NCBI GenBank assembly: GCA_043758915.1
Contig: JAYVMO010000002.1
Coordinates: 1 to 52,618 of the forward strand
Source of the DNA: Acidobacteriota bacterium
Lineage (GTDB): Bacteria > Acidobacteriota > Terriglobia > Acidiferrales > UBA7541
DNA length: 52,618 nucleotides
Reading direction: 5' to 3'
Part shown: positions 10,055 to 23,736 of the stretch, one piece after another
Position numbering within the stretch: the stretch's first letter is position 1
Layout of the letters: each line of letters begins with the position of its first letter
Program-made: the position numbers and the translations under genes
The notes under the pieces: generated by a model
Told to the model about the DNA's origin: nothing
Database searches by the model: none
Seen by the model: only the letters and a program-made list of their open reading frames with translations

Positions 10055-12250
10055 TTACACATCCGCGGGCCAGCCGAATTGTTCTTCCCCAAGACTTACC
10101 TCAAGAAATCCCTCTGCTGGCAATACATCCACCGGCAGACCGCCGTGCCAGAGGGCTACGCCGATGCGCAGCTTGGTCTTCCCCTTCAGATTGATCTGGT
10201 CGCGCCGGATGGCCACTTCCAAAATCCGGTCAAAAGCCGCTTCCGCCACATCTTTGGGATTTAAAAGGCACACGCGATCTTTTTCCACCGCGAATTCCCG
10301 CAGGTGCCCGCGATGGAGCTTCACCATCAGCGTTATCTCTTCCGCGCCGCCGATGGTGATACGGAACTCGGGATCTTCCAGCTCTGCAAGCGCTTCCGAA
10401 AATGGATCCACTCGCAAGCAAAAACGCTCCTCTTCAAAACCATAGCGCAGTTCGTGAAGGTAGAAAATGCGCCCGTGCATCGAGCCTCCGCGGCGTTCCG
10501 GGGAATACAATGCGGCGCTGAGCCATTCGAAATACGAAGTGTCTCTTCCGTCCACGGAGACCTTTAGGAAACCCGATGGCGCAAGCTGCAAGGCATGCTC
10601 GGGCTTTCGTTTGATGGGTTTGGCCAGTTCCTCGGGCGCGGGTTGCCCGATCGCCAGGTAGATTGCCGTTAGAAATTTGCGGAAAAGCGCGTCAAAATCC
10701 CGATCGTTTGCCGTGCTGTGCTCCGGCCCGAACCACCAGCACCAATCGCTGCCCTCGGCGGCCAGCAGCCATTCGTGGGCCTGCTTCAGCGCGGTTTCGC
10801 TGGGCGCGTCCGCGCGTCCCTGGGCCACCGCGCCTTCAGCCCGCGCAAAAGCTTCCCGCGCGTCCCACAACAATTCCCAAGCCGCCACATCTTCGCCGTG
10901 CCCGATCCACACATCGAAATTCGCATTGATCCACGAGGCCGGAAAAATTCCCCCGGTCACGGGGATCTCGCCCGCTGCCGCAAGCGCCTCGCTCGCCGTC
11001 AGCGCCCGGAAGTCCTGGTCACCCTGGATGCGCCCGTAGAATTCACGCAGAAATTCCCGCCCGTTCTTCGGGTAATATTCCCAGGCATTTTCTCCGTCGA
11101 GGAACAGGCAAATCGTCAGCGGCTGCGCGCTCTGCACGCGCTCCCCGAGAAACCGTAATCGTCCGTGGAGATCCGCTGCGGCGGCTTTCCCATCCATGCG
11201 GCTGTAGACGAAGCCGATCAAATCCGAAAGATGGTGATCGCGAAATAGTCCCGCGATGCCTTTGCTGCCCATCTGGATGCGCCACGGCTTGTACAGCCGC
11301 TCCGCGTTCGCGGGAAGCCCCTGGCCATCGCGAAAAAAGCCTACATTGAGCGTTCGCCCCAGGACACCTTCATCGGTTCCGAACCACTGGAAACCTTCTT
11401 CCGCGGCAATTGTCAGCGCCTGATCCGACACCGATCCCTCCGACGGCCACAGCCCGGCGGGCTTCACCCCAAAAACTCTCTCGTGGTACTCCATCGCGCG
11501 CCGCAACTGTTCCCGTGCATCCTCCGGGCGCCGGAAGGCACGCCGCGGCAACGGCGTGCCTGGATTCGCCACGCGTGCAATATCCGAATCACAAATCAAC
11601 GGCAATATCGGGTGATAGAAAGGAGTTGTGCTGAGTTCGATTTGGCCGCGTTGCGCCGCTTCGCGATACGCGGGCAGCACCATCCTGAGCAATTCCAATT
11701 GTTTCGCTCTCAGTGCGGCTTTGTCGATCTCCGTAAAATCCTTGCCCTTGGTTGCCAGCGAACCGGCGACCTCGTCCTTCTCCAGCCAAGACTCCTCCAT
11801 CCAGGCCAGTTGCGACCAGACCTGCAGGTCGCGCCAGTCGCGCAGCGTGAAGGTGACCAGCGCCTGCGCTCCCCCCGCGGGCTGCGCCCATTCATAGAGC
11901 TCCACGAACCGTGGCCAGCGCGACATCAGCCGCTCGTGGTTCACTTGAAAGGCCCTCGCCAGAATCTCCGATTTGTCCTCGCGCGTCAGTTCGCTGGCAT
12001 TCTTGAACGCCAGATCGAACCACGGTTCGTGGAAGTTTCCGCTGCCATAGTCCTCGAGCTGCATTCCCAGCGAAGGCACCACGTTGAACGTCGCGTGAAA
12101 CCCGGGAAATTCCTCGAGCGTCTTCACCATGCCCCAGTAATCCTTCATAGCATGCAGCCGCGTCCACGGCAGCACGTACCGCCCGTTCTCCGGATCGCGA
12201 TACTGCGGCTGATGCATGTGCCACAGCACAACCAAGTGCACCCGATTCAT
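10055..12250 (-). CDS. Glycoside hydrolase family 57 (amylopullulanase-like)
   Basis: LWHMHQP, TPFYHPILP, WPSEGSV (nucleophile), LDGENAWEYY (acid/base), AEGSDWCWW. Confidence 0.93.
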   Translation of the reverse strand: MNRVHLVVLWHMHQPQYRDPENGRYVLPWTRLHAMKDYWGMVKTLEEFPGFHATFNVVPSLGMQLEDYGSGNFHEPWFDLAFKNASELTREDKSEILARAFQVNHERLMSRWPRFVELYEWAQPAGGAQALVTFTLRDWRDLQVWSQLAWMEESWLEKDEVAGSLATKGKDFTEIDKAALRAKQLELLRMVLPAYREAAQRGQIELSTTPFYHPILPLICDSDIARVANPGTPLPRRAFRRPEDAREQLRRAMEYHERVFGVKPAGLWPSEGSVSDQALTIAAEEGFQWFGTDEGVLGRTLNVGFFRDGQGLPANAERLYKPWRIQMGSKGIAGLFRDHHLSDLIGFVYSRMDGKAAAADLHGRLRFLGERVQSAQPLTICLFLDGENAWEYYPKNGREFLREFYGRIQGDQDFRALTASEALAAAGEIPVTGGIFPASWINANFDVWIGHGEDVAAWELLWDAREAFARAEGAVAQGRADAPSETALKQAHEWLLAAEGSDWCWWFGPEHSTANDRDFDALFRKFLTAIYLAIGQPAPEELAKPIKRKPEHALQLAPSGFLKVSVDGRDTSYFEWLSAALYSPERRGGSMHGRIFYLHELRYGFEEERFCLRVDPFSEALAELEDPEFRITIGGAEEITLMVKLHRGHLREFAVEKDRVCLLNPKDVAEAAFDRILEVAIRRDQINLKGKTKLRIGVALWHGGLPVDVLPAEGFLEVSLGEEQFGWPADV

Positions 12251-12306
12251 CGTCCGCCGTCCCCCCATCACCGGCCCGCGACCATGCTACACTCACGGTT
12301 CGCGCC

Positions 12307-14625
12307 ATGCGCATCCTGGACCGCTATATTGTCCGCGAAGTTTTCCGCCACGCACTCCTCGGACTCGCCGTCTTTACCTTCGTATTTTTCGTGCCGCAGC
12401 TCGTCCGCTTGATGGAACTGTTCGTGCGCCACTCCGGCTCCGGCGCTCAGATCCTGAAATTATTCCTGGGCATCTTTCCGGGCGTACTGACTTTCACCAT
12501 TCCGATGGCCATCCTCGTCGGCGTGCTGCTGGGCCTGGGGCGTATGTCCGCCGATAGCGAGATCATCGCGCTCACCGCCCTGGGCATCGGCCGCCGCCGC
12601 ATTCTCTTCCCCGTCGGAGTTCTGGCACTCGCCGGCGCCGCCGTTACCCTGACGATGACCCTCGTGCTCGGCCCGCTCGCGCTGCACACCTTTCGCTCCA
12701 CCGAAGCCAGCTTGATCACCTCGCAAGTTTCCTTTCAGGTGCAGCCGCGCGTCTTCGACGAACGCTTCCCGCGGCTGGTCCTGTACATCAACGACCTGGC
12801 AGCCAGCGGCACCCAATGGCACGGCGTTTTTCTCGCGGAGGCCGGCGGAGAGAACGGCTCGCGACTCACCCTGGCGGAGAACGCGATTGTAATTGCCGAA
12901 CCGAAAGAGGGCAAGCTGGAGCTGCATCTCCAGGGCGGCACGACGCACGAGTTTTCCCGCGCGGAACCTGACCGCTACTCAGTCACGGCGTTCGGGCAAA
13001 GCGATTTGCCGATCGAGGTGAATGGGCTGGGGCCCGCACAGCCGCGCCAGCCAAGCAATCCGGAGCGCTCCCTGCATGACCTCATTGCCGACAACGGCCC
13101 AGGCTGGCGCGAGGCCCGCGTCGAACTGCATCGCCGCTTCGCCTTTCCCTTTGCCTGCTTGGTCTTCGCGCTGGTAGCTGTCCCGCTGGGAGCACAGCCT
13201 CGCCGCGGTGGCCGCGCCGCAGGGGTTCTTCTTGCCGTAATTCTGATTGCCGCTTATTACTTACTCTTCGTCATGGGCGCAGGCCTCGCGCGCGAGGGCG
13301 CGCTATGGCCCTCCGTCGGCATCTGGATCGCCAATCTCGTTCTCGGTCTGCTGGGACTCGCCCTGCTCCCGCGCATGGAGCAGTTCCGCGGCGAGAGCCG
13401 TTGGCTAGAGCCGATTCTCCGGGTCCGGCGCTGGATTCGCCTGCTCCGGCGCCGCAAAATCCGCGCCCACGCCGCGGCCGCCCGTGCCACGAATGGCAAC
13501 GGTCAACCTGTGCCCCTCGAGCAGTACAGCGGCAGCTTCCCCCGCCTGATGGATATCTATCTCCTGCGCCGCTTCTTCTTCTATTTCGCCCTGCTGATGG
13601 GCGCCTTCGTCTTCCTTTTTGAAATCTTTACCTTCTTCGAACTTCTCGACGACATCGCCCGCCATCGCGTGCCCTTTCTCATCGTCCTGAATTACTTCCG
13701 CTACCTTTCGCCATACCTGCTTTACAACCTCGCTCCGCTGGGCGCGCTCATTGCCGTGCTCATCACCCTCGGCATCATGAGCAAGAACAACGAAATCGTG
13801 GCCATCAAGGCCAGCGGCATCAGCATTTATCGTTTAGCCGTGCCACTCCTCCTTGCCGGAGTGACCATCGCCGCCGCCATGCTCCTCCTCGACGATACCT
13901 ATCTCCCCTACGCCAACCAGCGCCAGGATGCGCTGCACAATCAGATCAAAGGGCGGCCACCGCAAACCTACACCCATCCCCAGCGCTGGATCTTTGGCGA
14001 AAACTACAAAATTTACAATTACGACCTGTTCGACCCCGCGCAAAACCTCTTTGGCGGTCTCAGCGTGATCGAACTCGATCCCGCGACCTTTCAGATACGC
14101 CGGCGCATCTTCGCTTCCCGCGCACAGTGGTCCGATTCGCAAAAGACCTGGCTGCTCGAATCCGGCTGGATTCGCGACTTCGTGGACGGCAGGATTTCCC
14201 GTTACGAGCGCTTTCCGGTTATCGCTCTTCCTGAGCTTTCCGAACCGCCCAGTTACTTCAATCGCGAAGTCCGCCAGGCCTTTCAGCTGAATTGGAGCGA
14301 GCTGCGCAACTACATAGATGGTTTACACCGCGCCGGATTCGATGTCGCCAACCTGACGGTGCAGTGGCACGTGAAGATCGCCTACCCCGTCATCGTGCCC
14401 ATCATCATGCTCCTCGCCATCCCTTTCGCTTTCCTGGTCGGCACGCGCGGCGCCATCAGCGGCGTCGCTTTGGGCGTCGCCATCGGGATTGTCTATTGGA
14501 GCGCTTCGCGGCTCTTGGAGGCCATGGGCGGCGTCGGACAGCTTCCGCCATTCCTCGCGGCATGGTCGCCGGACATCATCTTCTTTTTTCTGGGTCTCTA
14601 CTTTTTCTTTAAGATGCCCACTTGA
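12307..14625 (+). CDS. lptFG: Fused LPS export permease LptF-LptG
   Basis: Two tandem YjgP/YjgQ modules in one 772-aa frame: ILDRYI...GRMSADSEIIALTALGIG and LMDIYL...GIMSKNNEIVAIKASGIS. Confidence 0.9.
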   Translation: MRILDRYIVREVFRHALLGLAVFTFVFFVPQLVRLMELFVRHSGSGAQILKLFLGIFPGVLTFTIPMAILVGVLLGLGRMSADSEIIALTALGIGRRRILFPVGVLALAGAAVTLTMTLVLGPLALHTFRSTEASLITSQVSFQVQPRVFDERFPRLVLYINDLAASGTQWHGVFLAEAGGENGSRLTLAENAIVIAEPKEGKLELHLQGGTTHEFSRAEPDRYSVTAFGQSDLPIEVNGLGPAQPRQPSNPERSLHDLIADNGPGWREARVELHRRFAFPFACLVFALVAVPLGAQPRRGGRAAGVLLAVILIAAYYLLFVMGAGLAREGALWPSVGIWIANLVLGLLGLALLPRMEQFRGESRWLEPILRVRRWIRLLRRRKIRAHAAAARATNGNGQPVPLEQYSGSFPRLMDIYLLRRFFFYFALLMGAFVFLFEIFTFFELLDDIARHRVPFLIVLNYFRYLSPYLLYNLAPLGALIAVLITLGIMSKNNEIVAIKASGISIYRLAVPLLLAGVTIAAAMLLLDDTYLPYANQRQDALHNQIKGRPPQTYTHPQRWIFGENYKIYNYDLFDPAQNLFGGLSVIELDPATFQIRRRIFASRAQWSDSQKTWLLESGWIRDFVDGRISRYERFPVIALPELSEPPSYFNREVRQAFQLNWSELRNYIDGLHRAGFDVANLTVQWHVKIAYPVIVPIIMLLAIPFAFLVGTRGAISGVALGVAIGIVYWSASRLLEAMGGVGQLPPFLAAWSPDIIFFFLGLYFFFKMPT

Positions 14626-14722
14626 GCGAGGAAAAGTTGGCAAGCCGGCAGAAAGTTTGGCACTGTCTGCCCGCCGGCGGCTTAGAGTATTACTTTAAGT
14701 TTTCTGAATTCGCCTTCCGCGC

Positions 14723-17419
<2,697 letters not shown>

Positions 17420-17560
17420 TGGTCGCCTCGTTTTGGATTTTTGTTATAAAAACTTTCAACACCCGTGCCGCAAGCACTCGCGCGGATTCTGTCGGCGCGC
17501 CGACGCTCCGCTCGGGAATCCTGGAAGCAAAAACAAAATTTAAAGCAAAACTTTAAATAA

Positions 17561-19714
17561 TCAGCGGCGCTCTTCTGCGCCAATCTCGGAAAAATCGGCG
17601 ACCGTGGTGAACTCCCGCAGCAGTTCTGACAGCAGCGTCAACCGATTCGCGCGCACCGCTTCATTCTCCGCCATCACCATCACTTCTTTGAAGAAGCGGT
17701 CCACAGCGCCGCGCAATCCAGCAATCACCTCCAGCGCCTCCTTGTATCGCCCGGCGCGCTTTTCCGTCTGAACTTTGGCCGCCGCTCCCCGAACCGCCGA
17801 GAATAGTTCCCGCTCCGCATCGTTCTCGAACAGATCGGGCTGCACGTGCCTGCCATCCTTCGCGGAAAGATTCGCCTTCTCGATGATCTTACGAATGCGT
17901 TTGAAGGACACTGCCAGCGGCTCGAAGTTTTTCGATTTGCGGATGAGTTTGAGAGCCGCGAGACGCTTCTCAGCGTCCACGAGATCGTCCGCCCCGGCGC
18001 GAAGCACCGCACTGACTTCGTCATACGCGTAGCCGTCCCGCTCGCGAAACACGAACCGTACGCGGTCCAGCAGGAAATCCAAAACCTGCGTTTCCTGCTC
18101 GGGAGTCACACCGCGCTTCGGCTTGTGGATTAGCAGCGCCTTCGCCGCCGCCCCAATGGACAGGGAGAGCGAGACCGGGAGTTTTTTCACCAGGATGATC
18201 TTCACGATGCCCAAGGCCGCGCGGCGCAAAGCGTAAGGATCGCTGGAACCCGTGGGCACGATTCCCACCGCGAAACACCCCGTGATGGAATCCAGTTTAT
18301 CTGCCAGCGCCACCGCACACCCCGTGAAATTGCGCGGAATGGGGTCTTCCAATCCCACGGGACGGTAGTGGTCGTATACCGCGTCGGCCACTTCGTCGGG
18401 TTCGCCCTGCGCGCGCGCATAAAGCCCGCCCACGATTCCTTGCAACTCCGTGAATTCCCGCACCATCTCCGTGGCAAGATCGCACTTGGCAAGCTCCGCC
18501 GCACGATCCGCCTCGGCAACATGCGCTTGCAGGATTCCGCTATTGAACCACTGCTCCGTCAGCCAGCGCGCGATGGCTCTCACGCGCTCGACTTTGTCCC
18601 GATAGCTGCCGAGCCGCGACTCGTAGGTCACGCGATCGAGCTTCGGCAAATAGTCGGCGAGCCGACATTTCTGGTCCGCCTCCCAGAAGAATTGTGCGTC
18701 GGCGAACCGTGCGCGCAGCACGCGCTCGTGTCCCGCCCTCACCAAACCCTTGGGATCCTTCGCAAGATTAATCACCGCCAGAAAATGTGGCGCCAGCTCC
18801 CCGCCCCTCTTCTCCACTGCAAAATACTTCTGATGCCCGCGCATCACGGTCACCAGAATTTCGTCCGGCAGATTCAGGTAGGCCGGATCGAAGTTTCCTT
18901 CGATGACTGTCGGATATTCGTTGAGGTAGGTAACCAGCTTCAGAAGCTCGGCGTCTTCATGAACTCTGTAGCCGCCCTTCCTCGCATGCGCCGCGAGTTC
19001 TTTCTCAATCTTCGCGAGCCGCTCTGCCGGACGCACAATCACTCCATTGGCGCGCAGCTTTTTTTCGTAGTCGGCGAAGGTCTTCACGCGAATTGTTCCC
19101 ATACCGAGGAACCGGTGTCCGCGCGTGGTATCTCCCGCGGCAATTCCGCCAAACGAAAACTTCAGCGGCTTGCCATCCAGTACCGCCACAATCCACCGGA
19201 TGGGCCGGATAAATCGCGCGCCGTCCAGGCCGGTCCAGGTCATGGACCGCGGCCAGGTCAGGTCGTGAATCACTCGCGGCAGAATCTCGTTCAAAATCTG
19301 CTCCGCCGTTCTTCCCCGCTTAACTTGCTTCGCGGCGAGGTATTCCCCCTTGGGCGTCTGCACAAAATAAATTTCGTGGAGGGCTAGTCCCTGCTTTTCC
19401 GCGAAGCTCACCGCCGCGCGTGTCGGCGCGCCGACAGAATCGTAGGCCACGGATTTCGGTGGCCCGGTCACTTCATTCACCACATCCGCTTGCTTCGCCC
19501 TTAGCCCGCGCACCGACGCCGTCAATCTTCGCGGCGCGCTGTAGGTTTCCACGCTCACGCCCTCCGCAAGGTTCTCCGCCGCCAGCAATTTCTCCAAATT
19601 TGTCCGCAGCTCTTCCTGCGCTCGCGGCAGCATCCCGGCCGGAATCTCCTCGCAACCAATCTCGAAAAGCAAATCAACCCGGCGTTCAACCGCCTTCTTC
19701 ATGGCAGCCTTCAT
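17561..19714 (-). CDS. glyS: Glycine--tRNA ligase beta subunit
   Basis: [42 protein letters not shown]-terminal DALR domain (NRLTLL). Start at 19714 overlaps the glyQ stop (ATGA). Confidence 0.96.
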   Translation of the reverse strand: MKAAMKKAVERRVDLLFEIGCEEIPAGMLPRAQEELRTNLEKLLAAENLAEGVSVETYSAPRRLTASVRGLRAKQADVVNEVTGPPKSVAYDSVGAPTRAAVSFAEKQGLALHEIYFVQTPKGEYLAAKQVKRGRTAEQILNEILPRVIHDLTWPRSMTWTGLDGARFIRPIRWIVAVLDGKPLKFSFGGIAAGDTTRGHRFLGMGTIRVKTFADYEKKLRANGVIVRPAERLAKIEKELAAHARKGGYRVHEDAELLKLVTYLNEYPTVIEGNFDPAYLNLPDEILVTVMRGHQKYFAVEKRGGELAPHFLAVINLAKDPKGLVRAGHERVLRARFADAQFFWEADQKCRLADYLPKLDRVTYESRLGSYRDKVERVRAIARWLTEQWFNSGILQAHVAEADRAAELAKCDLATEMVREFTELQGIVGGLYARAQGEPDEVADAVYDHYRPVGLEDPIPRNFTGCAVALADKLDSITGCFAVGIVPTGSSDPYALRRAALGIVKIILVKKLPVSLSLSIGAAAKALLIHKPKRGVTPEQETQVLDFLLDRVRFVFRERDGYAYDEVSAVLRAGADDLVDAEKRLAALKLIRKSKNFEPLAVSFKRIRKIIEKANLSAKDGRHVQPDLFENDAERELFSAVRGAAAKVQTEKRAGRYKEALEVIAGLRGAVDRFFKEVMVMAENEAVRANRLTLLSELLREFTTVADFSEIGAEERR

Positions 19715-20655
19715 CCCCGCACCTCGCGCCGCAGCGCCGGACCGCCAATTTGCTCCAGGTACGCCGCCGCGGTGCGGCAAGCCGAGGCGCGCACGCGTGC
19801 CATCAGCGCCGCGCGCTCCGTCGTCGAAATGACGCCGCGCGCATCCATCAAGTTAAACAGGTGGGAGCATTTCAAGCAGTGATCGTAAGCGGCCAGCAAC
19901 GGAAAGCGCACGCGCGCCGTTCCTTCCACACCCGCGTAACCTTCAAGCAACTCTTTCGCTTGCTTCTCGTGCAAATCAAACTCGCCACGAATCGCCGCGG
20001 CATCGCTGCGATTGAAGCTGTATTCCGATAGCTGCTGCTCTTCCGCGAGCCGGATGTCCCCATAGGTCTTGTCGTCCGACCAGCGCAGATCGTAAACGCT
20101 CTCCACTCCCTGGAGAAAGGCACAGATGCGCTCCAGCCCGTAGGTCAGCTCCACGGAGATGGGATCGAGATCGATCCCTCCGCTTTGCTGAAAATAGGTG
20201 AACTGGGTAATCTCCAGTCCGTCGAGCAGAATCTGCCAGCCGATCCCCCAGGCACCCAGGGTGGGCGACTCCCAGTTGTCCTCTTCAAATCGAATGTCGT
20301 GTTCCTTGAGATGGATCCCGATCGCCGCGAGGCTCTTCAGGTACACGTCCTGCACATCCACGGGCGAGGGCTTGAGGATCACCTGAAACTGCGTGTGCTT
20401 GTACAACCGGTTGGGATTTTCACCATAGCGGCCGTCGGCCGGCCTGCGGCTAGGCTGCACGTAGGCCACACGATACGGAGAGGGCCCCAGCACGCGCAGA
20501 AATGTTTCCGGGTGCATCGTGCCAGCGCCGACTTCCACGTCATAGGGCTGCTGCAGCACGCAACCTTGCCGCACCCAGAAGTGCGAGAGTTTCAGAATTA
20601 AATCTTGAAACGTGAGTCCCGCATTTCGTTTCTCAAGTTTTACTTTAAGTGTCAA
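19711..20655 (-). CDS. glyQ: Glycine--tRNA ligase alpha subunit
   Basis: [57 protein letters not shown]. Confidence 0.98.
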   Translation of the reverse strand: MTLKVKLEKRNAGLTFQDLILKLSHFWVRQGCVLQQPYDVEVGAGTMHPETFLRVLGPSPYRVAYVQPSRRPADGRYGENPNRLYKHTQFQVILKPSPVDVQDVYLKSLAAIGIHLKEHDIRFEEDNWESPTLGAWGIGWQILLDGLEITQFTYFQQSGGIDLDPISVELTYGLERICAFLQGVESVYDLRWSDDKTYGDIRLAEEQQLSEYSFNRSDAAAIRGEFDLHEKQAKELLEGYAGVEGTARVRFPLLAAYDHCLKCSHLFNLMDARGVISTTERAALMARVRASACRTAAAYLEQIGGPALRREVRG

Positions 20656-21392
20656 GTCGCCTCCAAAAAGGCTCTAGTTCCCAGCCGTTTTTCCGTGTGA
20701 TGCTCGATCCAGTTTAACGCGGCTTCGCGAAGTTCCTTCACGCTCATCTGGCTCGCGGTCTCGCGCTCCATGCGATCCAGTCGCTCTCCTGTAAATCGTT
20801 CGGCCAGATGCCGAGCCTCATGATGCAGCGTCTTCGTCCCCGGCCGACGGCATTTCTCGCACAGCAAACCTGCATCCCACGCCGCATGGTAGGCCGGTTT
20901 CTCGCCGAGCGGGCTGTCGCACGAGCCGCAGCGATCAAACCGCGGCAACCAGCCTCCCAGCCGCACCGTCCAGAACGCGAAGTAGCTGAGTGGCAACGCC
21001 CAGTTCCCCGTCCGCTCGATCTCGCGGGCCGTGAGCAGGATCAGCCGGAACATGGGTTCCGCCGCTTCGTGTTCCGGCAAAACCAGCTCGGAAACCTCGC
21101 TTACCACCGCCAGCCCGGTACTCAGCTCGTAGTTGCTCTGGGCTTTGTGAAACGATTCGAGCAACTCGCATTGCTGGATGCGCACCAGTTCGCGCGTCTC
21201 TTTTTCAACATACCAGATTTGTACGTGCGACAAGACTTCCAGCGTTGACCCGTAGCGGTTTTTCAGCCGCCTGGCGCCCGATGCCACGCCACGCACGCGC
21301 CCGGACGTACGCCCGAGAAAGCTCACTAGGCGGTCGGCCTCGCCCAGCGGAAAAGTCTTCAGGATAATGGCTTCCGTTTCCCGGGCGGGCAT
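20652..21392 (-). CDS. recO: DNA repair protein RecO
   Basis: [25 protein letters not shown], zinc finger CGSC...CEKC. The recO-glyQS order is conserved. Confidence 0.93.
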   Translation of the reverse strand: MPARETEAIILKTFPLGEADRLVSFLGRTSGRVRGVASGARRLKNRYGSTLEVLSHVQIWYVEKETRELVRIQQCELLESFHKAQSNYELSTGLAVVSEVSELVLPEHEAAEPMFRLILLTAREIERTGNWALPLSYFAFWTVRLGGWLPRFDRCGSCDSPLGEKPAYHAAWDAGLLCEKCRRPGTKTLHHEARHLAERFTGERLDRMERETASQMSVKELREAALNWIEHHTEKRLGTRAFLEAT

Positions 21393-21779
21393 GAGTGGTC
21401 GGCGTGCCGACGCCGCGCCGGTAACCACACTCTTTCCAACCGAATCACGCGCGCACGCAGAACTAGTTTAATTACCACACGCGCCCTCAACGCGCAATCA
21501 TTCCCTCGAAAAACTTACGACGTCTCCGCGATCCACAAGTCGCGTTTTTCAAAGCGCTGGCACCCCATGCGCTCCTGCCCCAACACCTAACCCGAACCGG
21601 CTCGCATCCCCTAACTTCCTCAAATGCTGCTTTAGCCTTGAAATATCGACACCATTCGGCGCTCCTGGATTCTGTTAACCAGGACCTTTTACTGCCAATC
21701 ATTATAGGACGCAGTAGGCTTGCTCTTCCCTGCCTTTTCATTTCTCCGGTTTTTCGCTACTCTCCGCGAGGACACTGGA

Positions 21780-22436
21780 ATGTTCATCCCCCTCAAGGAC
21801 CTCAATCCCCACCGCACCGTTCCCGTCATCAACATCACTCTGATTCTCGCGAACACGGCCGTCTTCCTCTTTCAGCTCACCCTTCCGCCTCACGCCTTCA
21901 AAATCTTCGTCCTGGCAAACGCCACCGTCCCCACCCGCTTCCCTGCCTTCTTGAGTGGCCATACCGGCTTCGAAGTGGCTTTCCTGCCCCTGCTCACCAG
22001 CATGTTTCTCCACTCCGGCTTCCTACACCTCGCCGGCAACATGCTTTTTCTCTGGATCTTCGGGGACAACGTCGAGGACTGTTTCGGGCACTTCGCGTAT
22101 CTGCTTTTCTATCTTGTATGCGGAGTAGGAGCTGGACTCCTCCACGTTCTTTTCAACCTGCATTCCAGCCTTCCCGCGCTGGGCGCCAGCGGCGCCATTT
22201 CCGGCGTCATGGGCGCTTACCTCATCCTCTATCCGCGCGAACGCATCCTTACCCTGGTTTTCATTTTTCTCGTGCCCATCCCTGCTATTTTCATCCTTGG
22301 CTATTGGTTCTTGCTGCAGTTTCTCTCCGGGGTTAGCACGCTGGGTGCGACCGCCTCTGGAGGAGTCGCTTGGTGGGCGCATGTTGGAGGCTTCCTGATG
22401 GGAGCGCTTCTGGCTACAGTTACTCGCAAGCGGTAA
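21780..22436 (+). CDS. Rhomboid-family intramembrane serine protease
   Basis: SMFLHSGFLHLAGNMLFLWIFGDNVE, GASGAISG (catalytic Ser), AWWAHVGG (catalytic His). Confidence 0.93.
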   Translation: MFIPLKDLNPHRTVPVINITLILANTAVFLFQLTLPPHAFKIFVLANATVPTRFPAFLSGHTGFEVAFLPLLTSMFLHSGFLHLAGNMLFLWIFGDNVEDCFGHFAYLLFYLVCGVGAGLLHVLFNLHSSLPALGASGAISGVMGAYLILYPRERILTLVFIFLVPIPAIFILGYWFLLQFLSGVSTLGATASGGVAWWAHVGGFLMGALLATVTRKR

Positions 22437-22498
22437 CCCGCCGTAACGAGCCGCAAGGCTATGATGGCAAGCCGAAATCCACTACATGAAGTATTACC

Positions 22499-23602
22499 TT
22501 AAGTTGCGTTCGTAGCGTTCTTTGCAGCAAAGTTCGCAAGCCAATCGCCCACTTCGACTGTTCGTTTATTCCCGCCAAGGTCCGGCGTAACCATGTTCTC
22601 CCGCAAGGCAGCTTTCACAGCCTCGCGCAACACTTGAGATTCTTTCTTCCAGCCCAGAAACTCGAGCATCATCCCGGAAGCAAGCACCGAGCCTAGCGGA
22701 TTCGCTAAGCCCTTCCCGGCAATATTCGGTGCCGAGCCGTGAACCGGCTCAAACAGCGAGGTCTTGCCCGGATGAATGTTCGCCGAAGGCGACAGCCCGA
22801 GCCCGCCCGCCAATTGCGCCCCGAGGTCGCTGATAATGTCCCCGAACAAGTTACAGGTGACGATGACATCGAATTGCCGCGGGTCACGGACGATTTCCAT
22901 CGCCAGCGTATCGATATAGAGATGCCGCGATTCGATCTCCGCGTACTCCTGGCGCACTTCCTTGAAGACGCGCTGCCAGAGGTCATGGGCAAAGGTCATG
23001 GCGTTGGACTTGTCGCTCATGCACACGCGTTTCAAGCCATTCGCCCTGGCATGCTCAAACGCATAGCGGATAATGCGCTCGACACCCTTCCGTGAATTCA
23101 CATCCTCCTGGACGGCAATTTCATCCGCAGTGCCCTTCTTAAAGAAACCGCCCACGCCGACGTAAAGCCCTTCGGTGTTTTCACGGAAGACCACCAAGCG
23201 GATGTCGCGTTCCGTGCGCTCGCGTAGCGGAGTCAGCCGCTCGTGCAGAAGTTCAACCGGCCGCACATTCACGTAGAGGTCCAGCTTGAACCGCAGTCCG
23301 AGCAGAATATCGGCGGCGTGCTGGTTCGAGGGCACGCGCGGGTCACCCAGCGCCCCGAAAAGGATGGCATCAAACTCATCGCGGAGCATTTCGACGGCGC
23401 CCGACGGCAAAGTCACGCCGTCGCGCAAATAACGATCCGCGCTCCAGTCGAACTCCACAAACTCCAGCGGCCTCTTCGCGGGTGCAGCCACCGCCCGCAA
23501 CACTTTCACGGCCTCCGGCGTGACCTCTTTGCCAATGCCGTCGCCGGAAATCACCGCGATCCGGGCTGCTGGACCGCCATTACGCATGGGAATACCAGAC
23601 AA
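22499..23602 (-). CDS. Isocitrate/isopropylmalate dehydrogenase family (LeuB type-2 or tartrate/D-malate dehydrogenase-like)
   Basis: GDGIGKEV, FRENTEGLY, NLFGDIISD, FEPVHGSAPNIAG. Substrate cannot be resolved from sequence alone. Confidence 0.88.
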   Translation of the reverse strand: MSGIPMRNGGPAARIAVISGDGIGKEVTPEAVKVLRAVAAPAKRPLEFVEFDWSADRYLRDGVTLPSGAVEMLRDEFDAILFGALGDPRVPSNQHAADILLGLRFKLDLYVNVRPVELLHERLTPLRERTERDIRLVVFRENTEGLYVGVGGFFKKGTADEIAVQEDVNSRKGVERIIRYAFEHARANGLKRVCMSDKSNAMTFAHDLWQRVFKEVRQEYAEIESRHLYIDTLAMEIVRDPRQFDVIVTCNLFGDIISDLGAQLAGGLGLSPSANIHPGKTSLFEPVHGSAPNIAGKGLANPLGSVLASGMMLEFLGWKKESQVLREAVKAALRENMVTPDLGGNKRTVEVGDWLANFAAKNATNAT

Positions 23603-23736
23603 GTTCTACTCTCCTCCACCGGTGCCACCGGAACGACCAGACGCATCGCCGAAATGACCCGAACCGACGCTATTCTTCCACCAAAGCGTGACGCGCGCCA
23701 CCACTACCGCCCATAGCTCCTAACATACCGCGCTTC

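Noticed and set aside
14647-14695. CIRCE-like TTGGCACTG...GAGTATTAC
   Set aside because: The spacer is far longer than 9 nt, the arms are mismatched, and it lies between convergent genes.
21411-21436. T-box-like GAGTGTGGTTACCG upstream of recO-glyQS
   Set aside because: The bulge reads TGGTTACC rather than TGGNACC, no terminator follows, and it precedes recO rather than glyQ.
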